From Trichoplax adhaerens (taxonomy: Eukaryota > Animalia > Placozoa): a stretch of DNA of 64,000 nt. Made by a program: the position numbers and the translations under genes. Positions 1 through 12,514 of this stretch are shown in pieces. The notes under the pieces are model-generated. The model was not told where the DNA came from, did not search any database, and was given only the letters and a program-made list of their open reading frames with translations. Position 1 is the stretch's first letter; every line of letters begins with the position of its first letter. The DNA lies in assembly GCF_000150275.1 (NCBI RefSeq), contig NW_002060944.1:6857102-6921101 (forward strand), written 5' to 3'.

Positions 1-760
1 TGGCGCAGGAGGAGCAATTAAGATAGATCGAGTACTTTGATAAATACTTATAGTAAAATTAAAATGTAATTAATGATATCGCTTTCATCATTGAATAAAG
101 GAAGGGGATTGATCTTTTGTATAAAAAGGCTGCCATTAAAATAAAATGGAAATTTGGGTATACGCCCAAAGGAAAAATTATTTCATGCCGTAGTAGCATT
201 GGCTGGCATTATTCCGTTGAAGATCTACCAGTACCTATAGTACTTTACTATACATGATGGGACTACCACTGGTGTAGTGTATGTCATGAATACTGCTGTG
301 GATGTCACGCACAGTACTGTTGGCCTACTGCTATCCTTCCTCATGGAAAATGTTCCGCAAACAACAATTTATGCTGATATACATTTTCCAAGTTGCAATT
401 GAAGTGATTACTGTAGTCATGAGTTAGGAGGTATGGCTGCCTTTGCGTAGTCTATGGTATAGTATCATGCCGATTGGTTGGTTATCGGTTTGCTGCTATG
501 ATCCACTTTTTTAAGTGAATACCCACACTTAGTCGTCTGTCAGTGGACGACTACGACTGTCCTGTCCTTGGCAATATCCACTCTTTGTATCTTGTTGAAG
601 TAATAGCAATAACGTTTGAAATTTGACTTGTAGTGAAGTAAAATGAAAAGAACAATTGCATTTATAGCCCCCATTGGTGGACTCTTATTGGTATTGCAAA
701 TCATCCAGTGTGGCAATATTGATCCCTGTGTGCTTGTATGCTGGTTGAAAAGTACTTTTG
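1..760 (-). pseudogene. Degraded major capsid (hexon/double jelly-roll)-like gene remnant of a Polinton/adintovirus-type element
   Basis: Manual minus-strand translation across stops gives, in order: GYSLKKVDHSSKPITNQSA*YYTIDY (~520-445), AVFMTYTTPVVVPS..VKYY, IMPANATTA*NNFSFGRIPK (~212-153) and FNGS..INPLPLFND..IINY (140-66). These resemble the Polinton MCP consensus as I recall it (HSLFSQVDV..IS..YPYRAY / IPAG...NLFLGQLPK / AFNG...NPFNF...INY). There are many stops and a probable internal deletion. No search was run. Confidence 0.45.
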
Positions 761-1917
761 AAAAAAAAACTTTGAGTATTGTGCCTACAGTAAGCATTTT
801 GAAATGATTGCTTTTCTACTTCAGTCGCTACTATAGAGTACTGTTGATGTTTGCTTGAAAAATAGGGAATAAAGTGTATTTTACTAATGGTTGTGTTGAA
901 GATGAATGCATCGTTGAAATAAAAATGATGGTTTAAGCGACGGCTAGAGGGGGGTAGTATTGGTGAGAGGGGTGAAAAAGTTGGTGTTGAAAAGCTCTTG
1001 GCAGTATGCAGTTACTACGTCTACCGTGTAGGTATAGACACCCCCCCAAAAGGAAGAAAATTTCACTGCAATAGCAAGGAAAGACGTTGCCACTGCACAA
1101 TGCGTCGGTTTTCTTTCCATTGCTCAACTACTCCTTCATTTCTACTCTTGTCGTTTGTCATGGTCGTTGATGAAAGTATGATGGCGATTGTTGGGTTTGA
1201 AAGCGCTTGACTAACGTGAACAAGATTGTGTGTGTGTGTGTGTATGTTGGCCACTGTTGGGTGATTTGTCCATTGGAAGTGGCGTCTAGTCAAGTACAGG
1301 AAGCGAAATCCTACTGGGCTTTCAAGAGTAGGGAAGAAGGCAGCCCAAGACAGTTGATTTTTTTCTATCACATGGATATTATTCAAGCGTAACCTCATTT
1401 TTTTCCTATCATGCCCATTAGACACCTACAAGCACTTTTTGCGAATTGTTGAATACTTACCCATCACCGACGACGACGCACTTTATCGATTGCATGGCGC
1501 TTCACAAATAGCGTGCCAAAATGATTAGGGTAAGAGCCGGTTTGGCAAAGATCAATTTGGTGGCGCAGTCCTGTCCTCAATTCTACAGTATAATCCAGTG
1601 ATTGGACCAAGTAAGCAAGAGGTAACAAAGTCTTTCCCAACACTACTGCGATCCAACCACGGCAATTGCCAGTGTCCCGCAATCACTCCAGTCCATGGGT
1701 TAAATACCCGATTTTCACAATACCGTACTACAGTAGGACAAACCCAAATACGGTCACCACACGACGGTACCGTCTACAGTGCATTGCACTGTAGACGGTA
1801 CACCCTAGTGCTCAAAAGAGTGGAGCAGACGCAGCACACCGCAGTGCTAAAAATAGTGGGCAGACGCCAGCCACCTGTAGTCTGTAGGATTTGACTGGCA
1901 TAGGCGAGTACCGTCCT

Positions 1918-2740
1918 TTACTGTCATGGCCATTTTGAAAGCAAGATCGCCATTTGCCATTTCTTGGTAGTATATATTGATTGCCACGACACTAGTGCAC
2001 ACTACTGTCATGGCCATTTCCAAAGTAAGATTGCTACTACTGCCATTTCCAAAGCAAGATCGCCATTTGCCATTTTGTCGTAGCACGTATTGATTGCCAC
2101 GACACTAGTGCACACTACTGTCATGGCCATTTCCAAAGCAAGATTGCTATTGCCACGACACTAGTGCACACTACTGTCATGGCCATTTCCAAAGTAAGAT
2201 TGCTACTACTGCCATTTCCAAAGCAAGATCGCCATTTGCCATTTTGTCGTAGCACGTATTGATTGCCACGACACTAGTGCACACTACTGTCATGGCCATT
2301 TCCAAAGCAAGATTGCTATTGCCACGACACTAGTGCACACTACTGTCGTGGCCATTTCCAAAGCAACATTGCTATTGCCACGACACTAGTGCACACTACT
2401 GTCATGGCCATTTCCAAAGCAACATTGCTATTGCCACGACACTAGTGCACACTACTGTCGTGGCCATTTCCAAAGCAACATTGCTATTGCCACGACACTA
2501 GTGCACACTACTGTCATGGCCATTTCCAAAGCAACATTGCTATTGCCACGACACTAGTGCACACTACCGTCATGGCCATTTCCAAAGCAAGATCGCCATT
2601 TCCTAGGGCCCCGTACAGCACGTATTGATTGCTACGACACTAGTGTACACTACTGTCATGGCCATTTCAAAAGGAAGATTCCTATTTGCCATTTCCTAGT
2701 GCCGTACACCACGTATTGATTGCTACCACACTAGTGTACT
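1918..2740. repeat. Tandem array of a 56-bp unit with 113/86/91-bp variants, 11 copies
   Basis: Unit CTACTGTCATGGCCATTTCCAAAGCAACATTGCTATTGCCACGACACTAGTGCACA. The palindrome CACTAGTG occurs at 1990, 2103, 2159, 2272, 2328, 2384, 2440, 2496, 2552, 2638 and 2729. Confidence 0.97.
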
Positions 2741-5700
2741 TATATCAATACCCCAAGCGATCTATTACGCGTTTCTAGAAGATACGGAGAGGAGACTATC
2801 ATGACCAAATGTCACTTCCAAAATCTAGAAATCATTTCCTGTATTTTTTCCGTAGAAAGGAACTCTTTGAAAATTGCACTGAAACTATTATTAGCGGCAG
2901 GATACGGAATTCACTTATACTACTGTATAAAAATCCTGTCACCATCATCGGTACGGCGACTGTTACTTCTTGATGGTCACAAGACTTTGATAGTCTATTT
3001 TTGGAATATTATTATTTGAACTGGACTAGTGATAGGCTTGATCATGCTGTAGTGATGCTCCTATCTTCATGTTGAAATCGAAATGATAATACATGTATTA
3101 TATACCATGTACTCGTGCAGTATTGCTTTTACGATCGTTGCTATAAGACTACTGCGATCTATCCGTATAACCCTATAATACTCGCATACTAGCCTCGTTT
3201 GTTGGCTTGTAGGAATAAAATTGCGCAAACATTTTTACTATACTGGCTTAAAATATCTCCTGAAATATGCATGCATTCAAATTAAACTTTCACGCCAAGA
3301 TCGATCATTTATGCGCAGCATATCTAGAAGAAATAGCTAGAATTAATATCGTACAGCACTAGACCAAAATGTTGAATTCATGTGGAGATCAAACATCGTA
3401 TAAAAATTCAATATTATTATTGCAGAGCACTGTCACATGAGTAAAATGTAATGCGCAACATACAGTACTCTATGGTTCTGCTTCGGAGGTAAATTATGCC
3501 GCAATACTTGACAACAGTATATTCTGTCTTTATCTCCATTACTATAACCTACTGTACATACTGTATACGTATGGCTAGGCCTCACTGTGATTTACAATAA
3601 CAACTTTATTAAATATAGTAATGAGATGACATTTTAATGCGTAATATGGCACGGCAATTTGGAAAAGCACAGCAGGATCCAAATATGACTGATGTGCATT
3701 CTCCTGTGTTCTACATAGTACCGTTCACACCAGTATATTCGGAATACATATATAAATGTTTGCATACTACAGTGTACAGTACTGTATTGTATATTTATTG
3801 CTATAGTGTGTGTATTTAAACATAGTTTAATTAAAGCTTGAAAATGTAAATAAACCACCGCGATACGATTGGCAGCTAAAATTGGCCAGTTAGCCCTTAT
3901 AAATATGCATGAGTTGTGACATTTTGTATTTTTATAAATAGATTATTACGAATATTTCAGTTTATTTCTGATGTACTGTATATCGCTTATTTCATTAAAA
4001 ATCGATAATTATGGTTAGATAACAACTGACTTCCTTTAAGATTATTTAATGAATTGAATGGTATATAATTATTATAAAAGTATTTTATATTGTACTGGTA
4101 TTTGACAAATAAATACATTCAGCGTAGTTTAGCAATTATTTATACAAGTATGGATTACTGTGACCACTCACTTTCTGAAAGTGGTGTTTGTGTAACTATA
4201 GCAAAAAGCAACGTTAGAAATTTTCAAATTTCTTACATATACGCTCCACATCATGATATTTCACAATGGTATGTTATCCTTTGGTCAATATTAAAACTGG
4301 GTCAATGCTTGGTTATTCTACTGCGAAAGTAGCTGGGCTAAATTAAGTTAAGATGATGTACCGCGTACAGGGGTACATTATCCTTAAACCGATCCAACTA
4401 CTCCAGTAATGATCTGTTACTAAATTGATTTATACATGTGACAACGTAAGCTATTCTGTTATCTTTATAGCCTTATAATTCATTTATTTAAATACAGTAC
4501 ATAGAAAGCACGGTATAGAGATATCAATCATCACCACCTTTCGTGATAGTTATCAGATACATGTCATATCAGTCTTGTGAACGTAATCACTATGCAGGTA
4601 AGAAGCACGTATGTCCAATATGACATGTATCAGAATATTCTTGGACTATTCACTATAACACAAATTCTATCGCATAAGTTATTATACAAGTTTTTCTACA
4701 TAGTTTTATTAGAATATTCTATGTTATGATTCCCTTTAACTTTTGCTGTGCTGCTTTACATACTGCTTTCTAGTTCAAATAATGACATTTACGCTTCGTT
4801 TCGCTTAACTTTATTCACTGTTAGAGTACACACTAAATAAAGTTAACCGAAACAAAAAAGTAGCTTTTACAGCCTAAAACAAACACGGGTTGTTTAAATG
4901 TTTTAAACCAAGTTAGATAAAGCATATTAGTATTGTGTAGTCTGTGAGTACGTTCCCGTATTAATGAAAGTACAGTACTACCAATCAACACTCCTCCTTA
5001 TACTTTCAACTTATCATTTACTTACTGGACATTTAATTCTAAATGATAGCTTAGTCTAAAAGAGTTATGAAATCTTTAAACTTAGCTGCTGTAGATAAAA
5101 GCCATTTCACTGTCGGTAATACGTTAAAAAATATTATAAATTCCCTTCTACGAATATTCAATTTCTACGCGTATAAAACTGCTAAAATATGAATCGATCT
5201 GAGGTGAACAATATCGAAACTAAATTAGAATATAATACAGCCGCTACGCCATTTACTTCATAGTAAACCGCAATTACAATTCCTTAATTGTTTTTGTTAT
5301 AGCCGAAACTTTATATTATAGTCTAACATATTGCGTTTATAATTCTCATTCCCCGTACTTTATTGCGTGCACACAGCAAGGAATACCGTCTCCACTTTAT
5401 AACGCAGTATTTACAGCTATATCATTCATTTCATGACCTAGTTATTTAAACATTTAAATTTCATAAGTAAGCGTAAATTCAATAATTTTTAATAAATCGT
5501 ATATTCATTTCAACGGTTTGTTTTGAAGTAATGATATAACAAACAAATTCTATGACTAAGAGTACTTTTTAAGCAGTCCTATTTCCCATGTTGATAATTG
5601 ACTAGTGGACAGCTTAGTGATTTACAGATTTATTTACATGTATTTATTTACAACAGAGTATGAGAGCTTAAAATTGTGAATGACATTAGTACATTTAAAA

Positions 5701-8429
5701 TTAGATCGAAAAATTGATAATCTACAATAATAATTACAATGTTCTTTACGAAATATAGATATATGACTTATACTTGCAAGATCAGTTACTTTGCAGTACT
5801 GCATTTTATCCATACTTTACATTTAAAAAATTACATGTTATAATTACAGTATATCAAATATTATAAATTCGCTCAGTAGTATTTGTACATGAACCAAGGA
5901 TAATGTTCATGGGTCTACACCCGTTATTAGTTGTTAACTATTAAAATCTATCTTGACGTCTTTATATATAGCATTTTAAAATAATGATCTAGCTTCATTG
6001 ATTATAATTATCTAGCCGTACTAATTAAACAGCATAGTAATTTTAATTAAGTGAATCATCCAATTCTCTGCTGATAAACACACGGTACCTATAATTAATT
6101 AAAAGTGCATCTTTCTATGCAGTAAAGATACGCTCGTTTGTCAACCATTTTATAATAGCAAATGTGATAAATACGACATATTCCGGTTTCATTACTACAG
6201 CCTTGATTGGCTGAAATTGAATAAATTTAACGTTGGGTGAGATAGATATAATAGCCTCGAATTTCATTTTATAGGATGATACCATCTGATTGATGTAAAA
6301 TAGTCGATTTCATCGCATGTTCGTGGATAGTTTTGTAAAGTTTGGCATTCAAACCTTACTTAATTATCTACTTTAGCTTTCACAATCTTGCAATAAATAC
6401 AGGTAAATGTAGCAATAAATATTAGGCTATTGATTAAAATCACCACAAAATACTATCACGCAATGTATATCGTTATTCAAAAATCTTCGTCGATAATAGT
6501 TAGATATGTAATCAGATTTATATCATTGCTGCATTTTATGAATATTATCCTATGTCTGAAGGAAAAGTATACAACTTCGTTATTAATTACGTATTACCGT
6601 CAGCAAAAGTATACTCAACAATTGTAATAAACAATCAGATACAAAACTAGAAATAATGAAAGTTACTTGGTTATCCTTTATAAATATTACGTCACAATAT
6701 TATAATATCGTGCTAAATTAGCCGCAAAAAGGGATATCAATATTCGTATGATTATCTTAACAATGAGGATAGCATTTTAAGACGGAAATATGATAAAAGT
6801 GAAATTTCAATGGTATTTGCAAAAGTGCTACATCACAAAATATTATTATTCCAGTATTCATGTTGTATTATAGAATATAAGGAAAGTAATGCATCTGATA
6901 AAGTATTATTGGTATTTATGTAATATCAATAAACATATTATTTGATTTTTCGTGATGCAAATTTACATTCTTTATGTTACAACTTTTAACAATGATAACG
7001 TTATTAATCTTGATACATTTTTAATTATCTACAGCTAGTAAATTTTCGTATATTGCACTGTAGTAATTTTAAGCAATTACAGTGAGTTATGCATCAGTAT
7101 AATATTGCTATCCTACAGTGTATTGCTCTCGCACGTTAAGATCCATCGCACTACAGCAGCTGAATGAAGACTCATGTTCAGTAGAATAAATTTTGGATGA
7201 TTAATGGATGATAAAAACATTTCAAAAATTAGGTTCATCTATTTACATTGCCCGGTGTTGATCTTAGTTTAGTTACTGTATTACCTTTACATTTAATGTA
7301 ATGTCTTACTGTATCGTACTGGTATCGAACACTTAGGACAATGTAGTTATTTTGTCCAACTTTAACTTATAGTGTGAGTGTATTGCACTTCTAATAATCG
7401 CATATGGAGTGGATTCTCTACTAAGTCAAGTTCTTAAATTTTGAGAGCAAGAAAAATGTTTTTGTGAAATCATTTGATAGATCAACACCAACCATCTGAA
7501 ATTCTTAAATTTATTAGTTGTTATTATAAAATGATTATATTTATTTAAATTATCACTGTTACACATTCAATAGTATTTTCATCAAAGCTGTTATTATGAC
7601 TATTTAATGAATACGGCTACGGCACAGTTTTGATAATGATCTGTGGCCTTCAAGTTATTTCAATAACGGTTTTCTATATCGCATTCCATACAGTTTTGAC
7701 TCATCTTTTACAGTCTGATCGTACATGTATCGTATTAAAATTAAAGAATAAGCGCAGTATAATTTTTTTCTTTTGTAGATGAATATAAAACAGTATAACA
7801 TCTGTAGATTAATAGCTGTTAATGTCTAAGGAACAAGTCTTAGTTTTGCGCTATCGGCATAAAGTTAGGGAATTGAGAGTGAGTGCTTGTCATCTAATAA
7901 TAGAATACGCGAATTCATTAAAGTAGTCAAAAATAAACATACTACGTAGATGAGAGAGAACTCGGATTCATATTTAGCAACGGTTTCTCAACTATCACAA
8001 ATGTAAAAAGCTGTACACGATGGCTTAAATAAATTCATAGTAGAGATCTTAAATACGAATGTATTGATCTTATTTTTAGCTCAAATAACATTTACTCCAC
8101 TCGAAAATTCTATTATTCTTTGCGATTTTTATATATTCCAAGATCCTTTTTTTGTGATTTAATTCTGGCATTTTTCTTCTTGATTTGATGGGAATGATAC
8201 GATACGCCCGTAGGGTAATAGTAATGCAGCCAATGATAATTTCTTGTTCATCATTGTGAATTTTGTATGGCAAAAATGAGCTTTTAGTAATAATGGTAGG
8301 CAAGATAAAACTGGTGCGCTTTTACATAATATATGCATATCGCATATTACAGTAGACTTAATGTCCCCTTCGGGTAATGAACGGATGTAACATTTTCCAA
8401 GACACGTGTAATAAGCTTGGTGGTATTGC

Positions 8430-11400
8430 TCATAAATCATTCGACGTCTTATTAGATATGGATTTCTCTTGCTTATTGCTTCTGCCATCGTCGCTATTAC
8501 TATCGGAGTCTTCGTGTTTTCTAAACAAGAATGAATTTAATTAATGAACTTGATACTAATCTACACTAAAGCAAGACCATCATTTGTAACTGCATATCTT
8601 GTCGACTGGTAAATATTTTTATCTCTACCTCGCTTTGATAGTTTACCGGATGATATAAATTGTATTATATTTGGAATGTATGTAGCTTAATCCTATGTCG
8701 AGCTAAGAATTTTAGTGTACCCTGTAAGGATGTAATGATATTTACCAAATTGTTACCTTTTCTTGACTTTAGATTTTGGACCCCAGTTTGGCTCCGGATT
8801 GACCTGGTATCGAACTAACCCGAGTTTCCTTGATTCCGGATTTGCTCCAGGCAAGATGTCAAATGAAGCCTCAATGCTAACACATAAATAGATTATAGAA
8901 CAATTAAAAGTAAGGTATTGCTAGCTACTTGTTTTAAGCACTTCCTTACGAGAAATGGGATACTGAATCTATTATAGTCTTTGAGTATAGATACTACCTA
9001 GGCTCCTTTTGGAGAATTTTTTCACCAGGACCACGTAATTTCTTTTTACTTACAGGGTTTTTCTTAGCCTATAATTAGATGCATAACACATATTCAGATA
9101 TTACATAAATATATTGGAATCAGCAATTATATTCCTAGTATTACACTTATTTTGTGTCGTAAATGACCAATATCAAATGATAACAATTTCTATTGAATTT
9201 AAAATATTAAACTAAGAATAAAGCAGCAGCGTAGCCCAGGTATTCTGGTAATAAATTGTATATAACAAACCCAACATCTCATTACATCCCAAACAACACT
9301 GTTCGAAGCATCAGTTTTAAAAGCACTCTTGTGTGCGTGCGTAGATGACACTTTGTAGCCAAGTTGAAGTAATGCAGATCTTCAGATAGGTTGATAAGAG
9401 GAAATACTGTATATTAGAATTACTTAGTCTGTAGAATCAAAGTGGTTATCTGTAAACTTTAATAACTACCTTATTTTAAGGAACGGTATGCACACGGAAT
9501 GAATAGAATTAGCTAAGGAATCTGTCACATAGTAAAGCGGTTGGTCAGGAATTTCCTATAAGTAATGAAAATAATGTTATTACACCTTTGCTTGTTATGT
9601 AAGTTACCGTATTATAATGGCTAAATATTGCAAAAAAATTGCCAAAAATATAAAGGAATTTTGCATACTTCTGATATGACGGACAGTAGGCCTATTATCC
9701 TGTTCGATGTTTTGTAAAGGTTTCGTTCAGAGGCTACCGCCTTCAAGAGTTCAGTCGTGAATTTAAGATCATGGATCGGTTCGGACCAGATAGGGCCGCC
9801 TAACTGAGGTTAATGTTAATGAAATCGTTTCGTAGTTATTTAAAGATTCTTGCACTCCATATTAGCATACAATTGATTTAAAAATTGACTGCAATTCATT
9901 GCGATCTTAGAACTTGTTATAATCCTTTTCAAAATAATTGTACAGCATAAGCAAGATAATTACGGTATTGTGAGCGTTTTGTGACATGGTATCGTTAATT
10001 TCAAGGTGTAAATGACGCAACGCAGTTAATAAATCATTTCAACTCTGATTATCTTCAATGCTATAGCTATTTCATATAGCTTCAGTTCAGAGGTTGGCTA
10101 TTCAATAATTTGCTGCAAAGTACGGTAGTCATTTATTGCTTGAACACTATTCTTGCATTAGGAAAGCTTAAGATATTTATATCATACTGCAGTTCTACAG
10201 TTTCAGTAATTAATTAACAGTAGGAGCCCTCAATTTTATCACTAGCTAATTTTGTAGAACTACCTTTAATTTCGAGTCACACTCTGTACATTTTTGATTT
10301 TCCATGTTGAATTTTGCAGGTTGAAAGTTTTGGCTAATGTAACAAATCAATGGCAATCAAGAAAGTTAGCTGAAATTGGAGCAATCAGCATCAAATATAG
10401 CTCGAGTTATCTCATGATAACATACTTATTGCCTGTATCAGCCTTACTTCCGAGCGGCTGCAAGTAGAAGCTATCGCACGATGTACATTGGAAAACAAAT
10501 GATTTCTTACTACAAGAAAAGTTATTGCATTTTAGTTAATACTTTAAAACGGGTACACTGTATCTACTTTGTACTAGTACATTATGCAGTAACCTTGAAT
10601 CGTAAAAATTTGTGTAAAGCAATTGGGTAAGAGTCTCGACTAAGTTTCAGCTAACCTGGCAGATCTGTTAACTTCCGTTTTCCCGTAAAATACTCTAACA
10701 AATACACGAATATAATAGTCCACGCTGACAGAAAGTAATGGTACGATATATCTTCCATATCTGTTGGCATTACTTTCAATCGAGGAAAGAGCAATTCTTA
10801 AAGCCTGTAAGGGTTTCAATAAGTGAGTGTATGTACAGTATATATAAGAAGTTAGAACTTTTATTTATGAACGAAGTTAGATCAATTTACTGTGCTACCA
10901 TTTCATGGCAGTGCTTGCTTCGCAATGAGACCGATCCATACTTAGCAAAACAGCTTCCGGCATGATTACCACAAAGCACAGCCATGTCAGTACACGTTAT
11001 ACACAGAAGTCCTAGAAAGTAAACATATCCGATAACTGCACGCCCTTTCAATTCTTACTTTATTTAATCGTCCATTTAGCATTACACCAATACATTAGAT
11101 AGCACTGATAGCTGTTGTATTCCTGATTAAAAAAAGTATTATGTAGTATTTACCTCCGTCGCTAACACTTTGTACAGCTGCATCTAAGAAGATAGCGGGC
11201 GAGCCATAAGGATCGATGTCGACTACCTGAAATTGATCATCTAACGAGTTACTGTTATCGTACATCATCATCCTAAAAGACAATTGTAAAAGTGGCAATC
11301 AAAAGTGTGTCATTGAATTATGATCGCCTTCTCTAACACTATAAAGAGGCTACCTCTTGACCATAAAATTAGGATTATTTAACATTGCTATTCGATACCT

Positions 11401-12382
11401 TGCATCGCCGAAATGGGGTTGAACAACATGACCAATTTTATTATATTCAATATTGCGTTCTATGCATTTAAATGAACTTGGATTATTATCATTGGCAATA
11501 ACTGCTTTGATTTTAGGCAATTCCAAGGCATAACGAATACTACGAAGTCCTGTTGCAGATAACCCCTCGAAGATAGTGAAACCCTTCTGCATGGCGTGCA
11601 AATAGGAAGATGAATGAATATTACAATATTTCTGTTTAGTATCAAAATTGGATCGAGAGCATTAGTCTAATGCACTTGATCCATCAAAATCTGGATTACA
11701 AGACCGATACAATGTATGAAGAAGACTGTAATTTATAAGAATGGAATTGAAGATAGAAACAAAACAATCATCACAACTATCCTGAAGATCACTTTTGCTC
11801 ACCTCGACAGCAGCAGACAGATTCCTCCTTACTTTACACTGCGTTGATACCTCTTTCTGGCAGGTTTTGATAAATTGTTTAATAACCGCGATACTAAGAT
11901 GGGATCAATAAAGATGATGTTAACACTTCCTCGTTTCAATGCACCTACGTATTGATAGGACAACAGCAAGATATCCATCTTTGCAATTTGTACGTACAGT
12001 TAACATAGAGACATTGAATAGCAATAATAAGAGTTGGAAAGATCGAGATTGAAGGGGTGGGTAACTGCATGCAATTTATTCACTTCTCATACTACAGTTG
12101 GCTATCCTACCTGATGTCACGATTGAATGTTTGTATAGGATTGTAAAAAGCATCCTGATCATCATTCAGAATCTTAGCTTGGCCTTCTTCGATTTTTGTC
12201 ATGTCGCTATAACTACTGTTAGAATCCATTTGACATGAATTAAAGCCTGATCGACAAGTTATTGATCGATTGAATATGAACTTGGGTACTACAGATGATT
12301 TGCAATGATACAATGATGAAGACAAACGAACAATAAATTTGCTATAGTTGCTGCTAATGATTCGAATTACTGAGCAACACAT
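8430..12382 (-). CDS. TRMT1: tRNA (guanine26-N2,N2)-dimethyltransferase, multi-exon
   Basis: Exons encode [73 protein letters not shown] and [11 protein letters not shown]. Introns are GT-AG. The first ATG is at 12382, a second in-frame ATG at 12229, and the TGA stop at 8432-8430. Confidence 0.95.
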
Positions 12383-12514
12383 CGCATCGTTTCCCAGCTC
12401 ATCATGCTTTAACTACTCGTTTATTTGCCCGTTCGGATTAATATTCTACACATCTAATGAATATCATGATGGAGGCAGGTATCATGCAATGAAGGCAGCA
12501 AGCACTTTGTCCGT

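Noticed and set aside
1918-2740. CRISPR-like array
   Set aside because: The sequences between the palindromic cores are themselves repeated, so there are no unique spacers. There are no cas genes and the context is eukaryotic. It is a minisatellite.
2750-8400. Short ORFs in the AT-rich region left of TRMT1 (e.g. 2801-3019, 4090-4332, 6430-6627, 8159-8488)
   Set aside because: No recognisable domains or consistent splice pattern. The 8.1-8.5 kb ORFs are alternative frames of the TRMT1 last exon and 3' UTR.
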